From: an uncultured Alphaproteobacteria bacterium
GTDB taxonomy: Bacteria; Pseudomonadota; Alphaproteobacteria; HIMB59; GCA-002718135
Length of the DNA stretch: 64,000 nucleotides
Assembly: GCA_902597795.1 (NCBI GenBank)
Contig: CACJZA010000004.1
Span: 26,409 to 90,408, forward strand
Reading direction: 5' to 3'
Positions 16,226 to 26,219 of the stretch are shown in pieces. Positions within the stretch are counted from its first letter, which is position 1. Each line of letters starts with the position of its first letter. The notes under the pieces were generated by a model. That model was not told the origin of the DNA, did not search any database, and saw only the letters and a list, made by a program, of their open reading frames with translations. A program made the translations under genes and the position numbers.

Positions 16226-18148
16226 CTATTTATTTTTTCTATTTTCAATCAAATCATTTACAACTGATGGATCAGCAAGAGTAGATGTATCACCTAAATT
16301 TTCAAAATCATTGGAAGCAATTTTTCTTAAAATTCTTCTCATTATTTTTCCAGATCTAGTTTTTGGTAAACTGGCTGTAATATGTATGAAATCGGGTGTA
16401 GCAATAGGACCAATTTTTTCTCTAATTGTTCTTTTTAAATCTGATACTAAATCCTCAGATTGATCAACACCAACTTTGAGAGAAACATAACAATATAAAC
16501 CATTGCCTTTAATATTATGAGGATAACCAACTACTGCTGCTTCAGAGACATCTTTATGAGAAACAAAAGCGCTTTCAATTTCAGCAGTACCTAAATTATG
16601 CCCAGATACAATAATCACATCATCTACTCTTCCTGTAATCCAATAATATCCATCTTTATCTCTCTTACATCCATCACCTGTGAAATATTTACCATCAAAT
16701 TGTGAAAAATAAGTATCAATAAATCTTTTATGATCCCCGTAAACGGTTCTCATTTGACCTGGCCATGATCGTTTCATACATAACATACCTTCACATTCAC
16801 CTTCTAGTTCATTTCCTTCTTTATCAACTATACAAGGTTCAATTCCAAAAAAAGGTTTTGAAGCAGAACCAGGCTTTAATTTTATAGCACCAGTTTGAGG
16901 AGAAATTAAAATCCCTCCTGTTTCTGTTTGCCACCAAGTGTCAACAATTGGACATTTTGAATTACCTGGTACTTCATAGTACCACTTCCAAGCTTCTGGA
17001 TTTATTGGTTCACCAACTGTACCTAAAAGTTTTAATGATGATCTGTTAGTTTTTGTTACAAAATTATCACCTTCTCTCATTAAAGCTCTAATTGCAGTCG
17101 GAGCTGTGTAAAATATGTTTACTTTATGTTTATCAACTATTTGCCAAAATCTAGAGAAATCAGGGTAATTAGGAACACCTTCAAACATTAAAGTTGTAGC
17201 ACCATTAGCAAGAGGGCCATAAATTATATAACTGTGACCAGTAATCCAACCTATGTCTGCAGTGCACCAGTATATATCTCCATCATTGTAATTAAAGATA
17301 TATTCGTGTGTCATTGAAGCATAAACTATATAACCACCCGTTGTATGCATTACGCCTTTAGGCTTACCAGTTGACCCAGAGGTATATAAAATGAATAAAG
17401 GATCCTCAGCGTTTAAGACTTCTGGTTCACAAAAACTATCAACATCTTTTAAAATATCATCATAAAATATATCTCTACCTTTTTTTAGCTCTATCTGCTT
17501 ATTTGTTCTTTTAACAACTAAACATTTTTTGACATCCGGACATGTTTCTAGTGCCTTATCCGTAGTAAATTTCAAAGGAATAGTTTTTCCACCTCTAACT
17601 CCTTCATCTGCTGTTACTACATACTCTGATTTACAATCTTTTATTCTACCTGCTATCGACTCTGCAGAAAAGCCTCCAAATATTATTGAGTGAACTGCTC
17701 CAATTCTTGCACAGGCTAACATAATGTAGGCCAACTCAGGTATCATTGTTAAGTATATTGTTACTCGATCACCTTTTTTTACTCCAATTTTTTTTAGTAT
17801 ATTTGCTGCTTTTGATACATTTATCAGAAGGTCTTTGTAGGTTATTTTCTTTGTTTCATTTGGATCGTCACCTTCCCAAATTATAGCGACTTTATCAGGA
17901 TTATTTTCAGCATGCCTATCTATACAATTATAAGATACATTAAGATTGCCGTCTTCAAACCATTTAATGCTAACATCATCTTTAGAATATTTTATATCTT
18001 TTATTTTTGTAAATTTTTTTATCCAATCCACCCTTTGCGCTTGATCTGCCCAAAATTTATCGTTGTTTTGAAGAGAATTATCATACATTAAAGAATATTT
18101 ATCTTTATTTACCTTTGCATGTTCAAGCCATTCTTTTTTAATTTCCAT
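16226..18148 (-). CDS. acs: acetyl-CoA synthetase
   Basis: 640 aa. [14 protein letters not shown]-binding motif, WWQTETGG, and the C-terminal [13 protein letters not shown] block. Confidence 0.95.
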   Translation of the reverse strand: MEIKKEWLEHAKVNKDKYSLMYDNSLQNNDKFWADQAQRVDWIKKFTKIKDIKYSKDDVSIKWFEDGNLNVSYNCIDRHAENNPDKVAIIWEGDDPNETKKITYKDLLINVSKAANILKKIGVKKGDRVTIYLTMIPELAYIMLACARIGAVHSIIFGGFSAESIAGRIKDCKSEYVVTADEGVRGGKTIPLKFTTDKALETCPDVKKCLVVKRTNKQIELKKGRDIFYDDILKDVDSFCEPEVLNAEDPLFILYTSGSTGKPKGVMHTTGGYIVYASMTHEYIFNYNDGDIYWCTADIGWITGHSYIIYGPLANGATTLMFEGVPNYPDFSRFWQIVDKHKVNIFYTAPTAIRALMREGDNFVTKTNRSSLKLLGTVGEPINPEAWKWYYEVPGNSKCPIVDTWWQTETGGILISPQTGAIKLKPGSASKPFFGIEPCIVDKEGNELEGECEGMLCMKRSWPGQMRTVYGDHKRFIDTYFSQFDGKYFTGDGCKRDKDGYYWITGRVDDVIIVSGHNLGTAEIESAFVSHKDVSEAAVVGYPHNIKGNGLYCYVSLKVGVDQSEDLVSDLKRTIREKIGPIATPDFIHITASLPKTRSGKIMRRILRKIASNDFENLGDTSTLADPSVVNDLIENRKNK

Positions 18149-18203
18149 AATACGAGAGTAATTCTAATTTATTTAAATATCAACAAGTAATTATTTTTTT
18201 AAG

Positions 18204-18608
18204 CTAATTTGACATTTTAATTATTATTTCCCATTCAGTTTTTTTTAAAGGCATTACAGAGAGTCTACTTTGTTTAACAAGTGCAATATCTTTTAACTTA
18301 CTATTTTCTTTTATCTGATCAAGAGAGACTGGGTTTTTTAGTTTTTTTGTTGCCTTAACATCAACTACAACAAAACGGCCTGTTTTATCTGTAGGATCTG
18401 GATAATATTCTTTTACTACTTTAACAATACCAACAATACTTCTTTCTGTAACTGAATGATAAAAAAAACATAAATCATTTTTTTTCATTTCTTTCAAATT
18501 ATTTCTAGCTTGATAATTTCGAACTCCATCCCACATGGATGCACCTTCCTTGATTTGGTTATCCCAAGACCATGCATCAGGTTCAGATTTCAATAACCAG
18601 TATTTCAT
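18204..18608 (-). CDS. EVE (PUA-like) domain protein
   Basis: 134 aa. The MKYWLLKSEPDAWSW N-terminus and overall size are typical of EVE-domain proteins. Confidence 0.75.
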   Translation of the reverse strand: MKYWLLKSEPDAWSWDNQIKEGASMWDGVRNYQARNNLKEMKKNDLCFFYHSVTERSIVGIVKVVKEYYPDPTDKTGRFVVVDVKATKKLKNPVSLDQIKENSKLKDIALVKQSRLSVMPLKKTEWEIIIKMSN

Positions 18609-18648
18609 TTTAATATTTCTTTAGTTTAAATTATTTACAAGATTAAGT

Positions 18649-19659
18649 TTATAATACACTTCTTACTCCTAATCTAGGCAATGGTTTAAAAAATAAGTCA
18701 TTTCTATCTTTTTTGTAAAATTTCATACATGCCCATGCAATCATAGCAGCATTATCAATCATCATTTCCTTTACTGGATAGTATATCTCAATATTTTTAT
18801 TAATAAAAAAATTTTCTAATTTTTCTTTTATATACTTATTATTAGATACACCTCCTACAACTGAAAGTGATTTAACATTTACTTTATATAATTTTAATCT
18901 TTCTAATCCTCTTTCAAGTTTTTCTATTAGTAGATCTGAAATATTTTTTTGAAAAGATGCAGATAAATCTTGAATAAATTTTTTATCAATTTTATTTTTT
19001 TTGGTTAAAATATTTATATGTGTTTTAATCCCAGAAAATGAAAAGTTAAAATTATTTTCTTTTGCTAAAGGTTTTGGTAAAATAAATCTATTTTCATCTC
19101 CTCTCATTGCCTCTCTTTCAATCTCAGCACCACCTGGATATGATAGTCCTATTAATTTTGCAGTTTTATCAAAAGCCTCTCCAATTGCATCATCAACACT
19201 CCCCCCTAATAGTTCAATACTACGCTCATCCTTCATAAGGTATACTTGAGTATGCCCTCCTGTTAAAAGTAAGACCAAACTTGGGAATTTAATATCATTA
19301 TTAAAACTTGTGGAAAGGATGTGGCCTTCAAGATGATTTATTGGAACAAATGGTTTTTGAAAAGAAATCGCTAAAGATTTTGTAAAAGTTGATCCTACCA
19401 ATAAACTTCCTATAAGCCCTGGCCCACAAGTAGCTGAAAATACATCTATTTCATTTGGATCTATATTTTTTCTGGAAAACAATTCGTTTGTCATAATTTG
19501 AATTTTTTCTAAATGTGACCTGGAAGCTAACTCTGGAACAACACCGCCATGTATTTTATGAATTTCCTGAGAAAAAGTAATATGTTCTACAATAGAGCTG
19601 TTTTCCATTAGACAAATTGATGTTTCGTCGCACGATGTTTCTGTAGCAAATACAAGCAT
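18649..19659 (-). CDS. tsaD: tRNA N6-adenosine threonylcarbamoyltransferase TsaD
   Basis: The ORF track extends to 19698. I prefer Met14 (MLVFATETSCDETS) because TsaD proteins begin just before the ETSCDET block. It also has HLEGH and the GGVSNN block. Confidence 0.9.
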   Translation of the reverse strand: MLVFATETSCDETSICLMENSSIVEHITFSQEIHKIHGGVVPELASRSHLEKIQIMTNELFSRKNIDPNEIDVFSATCGPGLIGSLLVGSTFTKSLAISFQKPFVPINHLEGHILSTSFNNDIKFPSLVLLLTGGHTQVYLMKDERSIELLGGSVDDAIGEAFDKTAKLIGLSYPGGAEIEREAMRGDENRFILPKPLAKENNFNFSFSGIKTHINILTKKNKIDKKFIQDLSASFQKNISDLLIEKLERGLERLKLYKVNVKSLSVVGGVSNNKYIKEKLENFFINKNIEIYYPVKEMMIDNAAMIAWACMKFYKKDRNDLFFKPLPRLGVRSVL

Positions 19660-19721
19660 ATTTTTTTTGGTATAGTATTTTACACTGTTAAACAACAAAC
19701 TAATAATGCTAAAAAAAGAGC

Positions 19722-20603
19722 ATGAAAAAAGTTTTTGATAGTTTTTATATTTTTTCTAAATTTTCTTTAAGTTTTATTCTTTTGTTATGTGTTTTTTTCT
19801 TAATTTATCTTCTCTATACGAATTATCAAAATGAAGATGAAGTATCAAAACTTCAGATTGAACTAGAAAATGAACTTAGGGAAAGTATTAATGAAAATTC
19901 TAAATTTATAAAAAATATATCTAAAGAAATATTAGAAACAAAAACAGCTTTAACAAATATAGAAAAACTTATTAAAGAAAATTCAAATAAAGAATCAAAA
20001 GTTGATTTGACGTCGATCAATGAAAGTATAGAATTATTAAACAAGAATTTCAATTCTCTAAGTTATGAAATTTCCTCTATAAAAAATAAAAATATTGAAG
20101 ATCAGTCTAATAATAATCTTGAACTAGTAAATCAATCTATCAATGAAATAGTTGAGTTAATAAAAATTAAATATGAAAACAACATGGATTTTGATAGGGA
20201 ACTTAAATACCTTGAAACAATTTTATCAAATAATAAAAACCCTATTTTGGAAAAATTATCAATTCTAAAAAAAAATAAATACAAAGGTCATTCATTTTTA
20301 GAAGATCAATTTAATGAAGAAGTTAATTTATATTTGAAGAATACTGTTAATAATAATAGTTTATTTAATAAAATTTTTTTACCTTACATAAATCTTTCTC
20401 CATCTTCAGAAAATATTATTTCGGATGAAAAAATATTAATATTAGAGGAAACTAAATTTTTTATAAAAAATAGAAATATAACTAAAGCTTATAACACTAT
20501 AAGCAAGATAGAAAATTATAATGTTTTTTTTAAAGTATCGTTGAATGAAATGAAAAACTATAATACTTTTATAACAGAAATATCGAAATTAAATAATGTA
20601 TAG
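19722..20603 (+). CDS. membrane-anchored coiled-coil protein, HemX/alphaproteobacterial Mic60-like (tentative)
   Basis: 293 aa. One N-terminal TM helix (FSLSFILLLCVFFLIYLLY) is followed by a long Glu/Lys/Asn-rich region with heptad-like periodicity. It lies between tsaD and a HemY-like gene, where alphaproteobacterial Mic60/HemX homologs are reported. The sequence is too divergent to confirm by eye. Confidence 0.4.
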   Translation: MKKVFDSFYIFSKFSLSFILLLCVFFLIYLLYTNYQNEDEVSKLQIELENELRESINENSKFIKNISKEILETKTALTNIEKLIKENSNKESKVDLTSINESIELLNKNFNSLSYEISSIKNKNIEDQSNNNLELVNQSINEIVELIKIKYENNMDFDRELKYLETILSNNKNPILEKLSILKKNKYKGHSFLEDQFNEEVNLYLKNTVNNNSLFNKIFLPYINLSPSSENIISDEKILILEETKFFIKNRNITKAYNTISKIENYNVFFKVSLNEMKNYNTFITEISKLNNV

Positions 20604-21897
20604 ATTATCAATTTTTGTATTGCAGTTTCTGATATTAATCATAGCACTCACTTTTATTTTTACCAATCCATTTATTATATCCTTAGATATAGGAAATTTA
20701 AAATATTCTTTTTCTTCAAATTTACTTTCTGTTGTTTTTTTATCTTTTATTTTTCTATTATATTTAGTGTTTTATTTATTTTTCCGATCAAGACTTTCAC
20801 TCGGTAAATATTTCTTAAAAAATAAATATAATAAAATTGAAAAAGGTTACTTACACTTTGTCGACGCAATGATAGCTGTAGCAAACAAAGATAACAAGAC
20901 AGCCTTAAAATCACATAAAAAAATGGTTAGTTATCTCAAAGATGATCCATCATTATCTCTGTTACTAAAAGCTGAAGTTTTAAAGATTGAAAAAAAATTT
21001 CCAGAATTAAATAATGTTTATGAAGATATGATTAAATCAAAAAAAACTGAAACACTTGGATATAGAGGTTTAATGGAACAAAATTTAAGAAATCAAGACT
21101 ATCATCATGCCTTCTTATATGGAGAAAAATTATTTTCAATTAATCCAAATATTGAAAAGCTTTATGATACACTTATATTTATTGCTGCAAAAACAAAAAA
21201 CTGGAATCAAATAGTTTTATTATCAGATAAAGCTTTTTCGAATAAAATAATAAGTAAAAATGATTTAAATGAAAATAAATCAGTAGGATTTTATGAAATA
21301 TCTAAAATAAAATATGATAGCGATATTAAGGATTCATTAAAAAATATTTTGAAAGCATTAGATTTGAAAAAAAATTTTCCTCCATATGTAAAGCTTCATC
21401 TAGAAATTATTGCTGGTTCAAACGATAAAAGAAACCTTAAAAAATTAATCAAGAAATATTGGATTTTAAATCCAAGCTCTCTGCTTCGTTCGATCATAAT
21501 AAAAATACTTAATGATAATGATCTTACCGAGATAAAATTTATAAATGAAATAATTAACAATAATGCAAAAGAAGAAGAATCCAAAAAACTTTTAATTTAT
21601 TTTGCTATAAAAAATTCAAACTGGGATGTTGCTAGAAAAAATATATCAGGTATGATTGGAGCTAATCCATCAAAAGAAATTTGTTATTTTATGTCAGATA
21701 TAGAACTCGGAGAAAATAATGATAAACAGAAAAGTGATGCTTGGATCATGAGAGCTGAAAATGCTAGTATCGAAGATACATGGATTTGCAGAATTTCAAA
21801 TCAAACTCAAGATGAATGGAGCGCTTTATCTAATTCTGGAAATTATAATTCTCTTGTTTGGACAACTCATAAAATGCTAAGACAAAATAATAATTAA
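20596..21897 (+). CDS. HemY-like membrane protein with TPR-like C-terminal region
   Basis: 433 aa. It has two N-terminal TM helices in the HemY_N arrangement, followed by a helical repeat region. It overlaps the preceding gene by 8 nt. Confidence 0.55.
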   Translation: MYRLSIFVLQFLILIIALTFIFTNPFIISLDIGNLKYSFSSNLLSVVFLSFIFLLYLVFYLFFRSRLSLGKYFLKNKYNKIEKGYLHFVDAMIAVANKDNKTALKSHKKMVSYLKDDPSLSLLLKAEVLKIEKKFPELNNVYEDMIKSKKTETLGYRGLMEQNLRNQDYHHAFLYGEKLFSINPNIEKLYDTLIFIAAKTKNWNQIVLLSDKAFSNKIISKNDLNENKSVGFYEISKIKYDSDIKDSLKNILKALDLKKNFPPYVKLHLEIIAGSNDKRNLKKLIKKYWILNPSSLLRSIIIKILNDNDLTEIKFINEIINNNAKEEESKKLLIYFAIKNSNWDVARKNISGMIGANPSKEICYFMSDIELGENNDKQKSDAWIMRAENASIEDTWICRISNQTQDEWSALSNSGNYNSLVWTTHKMLRQNNN

Positions 21898-21898
21898 T

Positions 21899-22600
21899 AT
21901 GAAACTACATTTCTTTATAGGATATGATTCTAAAGAAGATATTGCTTATAGAGTTTGCAAACATTCACTTTTAAAACGCTCCAGTATTGATGTGAGTGTT
22001 GTTTCTTTAAAACTAGACGAACTTATAGCTAAAAACTTATATACTAGAAATGTTGATCCATTAGCTTCTACACAATTCACCTATTCCAGATTTTTAGTTC
22101 CTAAACTTATGAATTATCAAGGTTGGGCAGTTTTTTGTGATTGTGACTTTATTTTTTTGGGAGATGTTTCAAATTTATTAAATAATCTAGACGAATCAAA
22201 AGCGGCTTATTGTGTTCAGCATGACTACACACCTAAAGAAAAACACAAGATGGATGGACAAAAACAAACTATATATCCAAGAAAAAATTGGTCTAGTTTT
22301 ATTTTATACAATTGTTCCCATCCCAGCACAAAGAATCTTACGGTTGAAAAAGTAAATAATGAAACCGGAGCATATCTCCATCAATTTAAATGGTGCAAAG
22401 ATGATGAAATTGGTACTTTAGATGAAAGATGGAATTGGCTAGAGGGTTGGACCTCAGGTCACAACAATGAAACACCTTATGCAGTACATTATACACGAGG
22501 GGGGCCTTGGTTTTCTGAATGGCAAGATGTTGAATTTGCTAAAGAATGGCTATTGGAAAGAGATGATTATCTCTCTAAAAAATTTAACTCAAACTCCTAA
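21899..22600 (+). CDS. putative glycosyltransferase (GT8-like, DxD)
   Basis: 233 aa. STQFTYSRFLVPKL followed by AVFCDCDFIFLGD (DxD motif) matches the layout of GT8-type retaining glycosyltransferases. It starts 1 nt after the HemY-like gene. Confidence 0.45.
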   Translation: MKLHFFIGYDSKEDIAYRVCKHSLLKRSSIDVSVVSLKLDELIAKNLYTRNVDPLASTQFTYSRFLVPKLMNYQGWAVFCDCDFIFLGDVSNLLNNLDESKAAYCVQHDYTPKEKHKMDGQKQTIYPRKNWSSFILYNCSHPSTKNLTVEKVNNETGAYLHQFKWCKDDEIGTLDERWNWLEGWTSGHNNETPYAVHYTRGGPWFSEWQDVEFAKEWLLERDDYLSKKFNSNS

Positions 22601-24376
22601 AATATTAATTAAAAATTGAGAGTCGTTTAAAAATTTTTTTTTGTCAATTAATCTAATTGAATTATACCAAGGAGTACTATCTGTTTTTTGATTCCAATAA
22701 TGAAAAATAGCAAAATTTTCTGGCTTAATTAGAATTGTTTTTACGCCCAACGCTCCAGCAAGATGGGCTGTACTGTTACTAATAGTAATAAATACATCAA
22801 GTGACTTTAATAACGATGCAATGCCCTCAAAATCATTGTACAAATCTAGACCCTTAATATTTAGCAATTTATTTTTAGCCATATTATTGAAACTATAAAT
22901 TTCTTTTTCAACATCACCATATTGTAAATTAAAGATATCACAATTAGTAAGATTAAAAATTTCATAAAGATCTTTAAGATTTAGAGATTTGTCTGAGGCA
23001 AATTTATTATTAAAGCTTTTCCATGATAATCCAATTTTGTATTTTTTTTTATAAATTGACAATTTCTTTTGCATATCTTCAAATTTTTTTTTGTCTACTT
23101 TTAAAAAAGAATAATTTTTAAAATCTTTAATATCCTTACGATAATATCTTCCTAAACTTCCTGCATAAATTATATTATCAATGTTTTTAAATTTCTGATC
23201 ATCATTAGTAATAGTCCCAAGACTAACAAAATTTTCACTATATTTAGGGAATGATCTTTTGTAGAGATTTAATAAACGAGGATCACATTCTATGGTAGTA
23301 TTATCAATATCTTTTAAAAAATCTCCATACATAGAACTATAAAGAATTTCATCTCCAACACCCTGTTCACGAACAATTAAAAATTTACCTCTTTTATTGC
23401 TCATAGTACTTGATCTATATATTTTGTTATTTAATTTTTTAACGTAGTTATTTTTTTCTTTAAAATCTTCTAAATCTAATCTTCCATCAAAGTATTTCCA
23501 ACCATTTTCAAAATCATGATCCTTTAGATAAATGAAAGAAATTGTTTTTTGGATATCACCATCATAATTTTTCATTTCCAAAGCTTTAAAGCTATATTTC
23601 TTAGCTTCTTTATGTTTGTTTAAATCAAAATAAATTTTTGCCAAATTGTTATAGATATAAGCATTATTAGGATTTACTAAAAGAGCTTGTTTGTAATAAT
23701 TAATGGCTTTATCATAAGATAATACCTCTCTATAAAAACCTGCAATATTATTCAATAAATAAAAAGATAACTTATCAATTTTTAAAGCTCTTAAGTAATA
23801 TTCTTCTGCTTTTAGTTTTTCATCTTTTTCATGGTATGTTCTTGCTAAAGAATTCAATGCTGAGAGATTTTTTGAGTCTATTTGTAAAATACTTTCAAAT
23901 ATTTTTATTGCTTCATTATAATTACCCTCATGTAATAAACACTGACCTATTACAACTAAAGTACTCAAGTCTTTATTATTCTTTTTAAGATAAAATATGC
24001 AAATTTTTTTTGCTTCTTCAATTCTGTTCAATTTGTATAGAACAAAAGCTTTGTCTTTATCTACTTTTTCAATTGTCTTTATTTTTAGAATATCTTCTAT
24101 TGTATTAAGCGCTTCATAATAATTTGCTTCTACAATATCCATATTATAAAGATTAATCATTGCTTTAATATTTTTTTCAACTTTTATTAAATGATTATAA
24201 TTAATTCTAGCTTCTTTATTTAAGTTAAGATTCTGCTGAATGACTGCTATATTATAACGTAATAAACTATTATCTTTATTCTTTTTAAAAATTTTTTGAA
24301 GCTCGTTATAACTTTTTAATTTATCCCCTTTTTCAAATCTTTTGAGAATATTGTTAATTTGAGAAATTAAATTCAT
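22589..24376 (-). CDS. TPR-repeat protein with C-terminal GT9 (heptosyltransferase)-like domain, paralog A
   Basis: 595 aa. The N-terminal roughly 300 aa contain repeated 34-residue A/Y/L patterns (TPR). The C-terminus has LIVREQGVGDEILYSSMY and ISNSTAHLAGALGVKTILI, resembling the two signature blocks of GT9 enzymes. Confidence 0.6.
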   Translation of the reverse strand: MNLISQINNILKRFEKGDKLKSYNELQKIFKKNKDNSLLRYNIAVIQQNLNLNKEARINYNHLIKVEKNIKAMINLYNMDIVEANYYEALNTIEDILKIKTIEKVDKDKAFVLYKLNRIEEAKKICIFYLKKNNKDLSTLVVIGQCLLHEGNYNEAIKIFESILQIDSKNLSALNSLARTYHEKDEKLKAEEYYLRALKIDKLSFYLLNNIAGFYREVLSYDKAINYYKQALLVNPNNAYIYNNLAKIYFDLNKHKEAKKYSFKALEMKNYDGDIQKTISFIYLKDHDFENGWKYFDGRLDLEDFKEKNNYVKKLNNKIYRSSTMSNKRGKFLIVREQGVGDEILYSSMYGDFLKDIDNTTIECDPRLLNLYKRSFPKYSENFVSLGTITNDDQKFKNIDNIIYAGSLGRYYRKDIKDFKNYSFLKVDKKKFEDMQKKLSIYKKKYKIGLSWKSFNNKFASDKSLNLKDLYEIFNLTNCDIFNLQYGDVEKEIYSFNNMAKNKLLNIKGLDLYNDFEGIASLLKSLDVFITISNSTAHLAGALGVKTILIKPENFAIFHYWNQKTDSTPWYNSIRLIDKKKFLNDSQFLINILGV

Positions 24377-26159
24377 TTTGTTTTTCTACAAATTTATTTA
24401 TTTGCTTTATGGTTTCACCTATTGAATTTTCTATTCCTAAAACTTTTATATTTTTATACCATATTGATGATCCACTACTAGCGCTCCAATAGAAATAAGT
24501 TGAAGATTTTTTTGGACATATTAATATTGTAGGTATTCCAAGAGCTCCTGCAAAATGAGCTGTTGAGTTACTAACTGTTATAAACAAATCTAAGTTTTTT
24601 AGTAAACCCAAACAGGACTCAATGTCATTGAATAAATCTAAATCATCAAATATTTTTAAATATTTATTCTGACTGGACAAATATTTTTTGTCATTCTCAA
24701 TATTTCCATATTGTAAATTTATAATCAGCCTATCGTTAGTGAATAATGGTTCAAAATCTTTGATAGATAATGATTTTAAACTTCCGTAAATATTTATAAC
24801 ACTTTTCCATGATATGCCTATCTTTAGTTGTTCTTTGTAATCAGACAGTTTCTCTTTATATCTATCAATAATATCATTCCTTGCTAATAAATAATTGCTA
24901 TTAGTAAAGTCAGTTTTTCTTTTTCTAAAAAATTGAATCATACTTCCAGCGTATATTACATTATCAAATTCAGATATCTTTGAATTGTTTGAATAGTATC
25001 CATCTTCAACAAAAATATCATTTTGAAACGATCGACTAAAAACTGATACCAATCTTTTATCAGCTTCAATTTTAATATTTTTAAAATTGTTAATCATATC
25101 TTTATATATAGAACCAAATAAAATCTCTTCACCAATTCCTTGTTCTCTTAAAATTAGTAATTTATTTTCTGAATTTATTTTTAAATTGGAAAACAGATTA
25201 TTTTTAACTAGTTCAAAATTATTTAATTTGACTTTATTTTTTTCAATCAATAATCTTGAGTCAAATAAATTCCAAGAACTTGAAAAATTATTTAATTTTA
25301 ATTGTAAAGTACAATAAGCATACATTAGCTTATAATCGTAAGGATTAATTTTAATTGCCTTATCGTAGTAAATTTTAGCTTCTTTTTCTTTATTTTCTCT
25401 ACAATAACATATTGCTATATTAGATAAAATTTCTTGATTATTTGGGTCTAAGTCCAATGCTTTATTGTAAATTTTTATAGCTTCTAATACTTTATCTTGA
25501 AGACTTAAAACATTGCCTAAATTTACTATTGTTTTAGAATTATCAGATTCAATCTCATGTGCATCTTTAAAAACTGTATATGCTTCATCTAATTTCTCTA
25601 ATTCAAGTAAACAAATGCCTAAATTATTATAACTATCAACATATTTACTATTTATCTTAATTGCTTGCTCAAAATAATTTTTTGCTTCATGAAAGTTAGT
25701 ATTTTTAAAATATATCAACCCTTTGATATTAAAGGCAAAGAAATCTTTCTCTTCTAATTTTGAAATATTGTCTATGTATTTTTTTGCTTTATCAAAATTA
25801 TTTTTTAAAAAATAGATGTAAGCTTTATCACGAATTGCCTCATAATGATCTTTATCTATTCTAAGAATTAAATTAATATTTGCTAATGCTTCATCTAATA
25901 GGGATTGGGTTAAGAGTAATTTATAAATTTTAGACATACATTCGATATTACTCTTATCGATTAACAAAATTTTTTTTAAAGAATTTATTGTCGTATCTAC
26001 GTCACCCATTTTTTGTGCTATTTGTGATAGCACATTTAGAACATTAATATTTTTATGATATTTTGTTGATAGTTTTTTAATATCTTCGTAGGCAAGATTT
26101 TTATCTATGTTGTTAAATGTATTAACTATTTTTTTTAGTTTATTTTCTAAGTTAGACAT
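24354..26159 (-). CDS. TPR-repeat protein with C-terminal GT9 (heptosyltransferase)-like domain, paralog B
   Basis: 601 aa with the same architecture: LILREQGIGEEILFGSIY and VSNSTAHFAGALGIPTILI. It overlaps paralog A by 23 nt. Confidence 0.6.
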   Translation of the reverse strand: MSNLENKLKKIVNTFNNIDKNLAYEDIKKLSTKYHKNINVLNVLSQIAQKMGDVDTTINSLKKILLIDKSNIECMSKIYKLLLTQSLLDEALANINLILRIDKDHYEAIRDKAYIYFLKNNFDKAKKYIDNISKLEEKDFFAFNIKGLIYFKNTNFHEAKNYFEQAIKINSKYVDSYNNLGICLLELEKLDEAYTVFKDAHEIESDNSKTIVNLGNVLSLQDKVLEAIKIYNKALDLDPNNQEILSNIAICYCRENKEKEAKIYYDKAIKINPYDYKLMYAYCTLQLKLNNFSSSWNLFDSRLLIEKNKVKLNNFELVKNNLFSNLKINSENKLLILREQGIGEEILFGSIYKDMINNFKNIKIEADKRLVSVFSRSFQNDIFVEDGYYSNNSKISEFDNVIYAGSMIQFFRKRKTDFTNSNYLLARNDIIDRYKEKLSDYKEQLKIGISWKSVINIYGSLKSLSIKDFEPLFTNDRLIINLQYGNIENDKKYLSSQNKYLKIFDDLDLFNDIESCLGLLKNLDLFITVSNSTAHFAGALGIPTILICPKKSSTYFYWSASSGSSIWYKNIKVLGIENSIGETIKQINKFVEKQNEFNFSN

Positions 26160-26160
26160 A

Positions 26161-26188
26161 AAAAAACCCAGTCTTTAAAAGACTGGGT
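26161..26188 (-). terminator. rho-independent terminator downstream of the BI-1 family gene
   Basis: A CCCAGTCTT / AAGACTGGG 9-bp stem with a 3-nt loop. On the minus strand it is followed by a run of six T. Confidence 0.6.
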
Positions 26189-26219
26189 ATAATAAAAAGA
26201 TATTTGGGTTTTAAAAGAA

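Noticed and set aside
16185-16463. 92-aa plus-strand ORF overlapping the 3' end of acs. The same applies to antisense ORFs at 9817-10047, 11373-12003, 19001-19249, 19853-20053, 21396-21584, 25087-25317, 27098-27310, 30873-31088, 31277-31465, 32588-32822, 34176-34505, 36914-37159, 38065-38328, 39186-39413, 44374-44610, 46331-46600, 48014-48238, 50605-50841, 51279-51467, 52086-52560, 54864-55082, 55797-56051, 61207-61622, 61998-62192 and 62885-63334
   Set aside because: All lie inside, and mostly antisense to, long ORFs with unmistakable conserved-family motifs. Their translations are low-complexity with no recognisable motifs. These are shadow ORFs.
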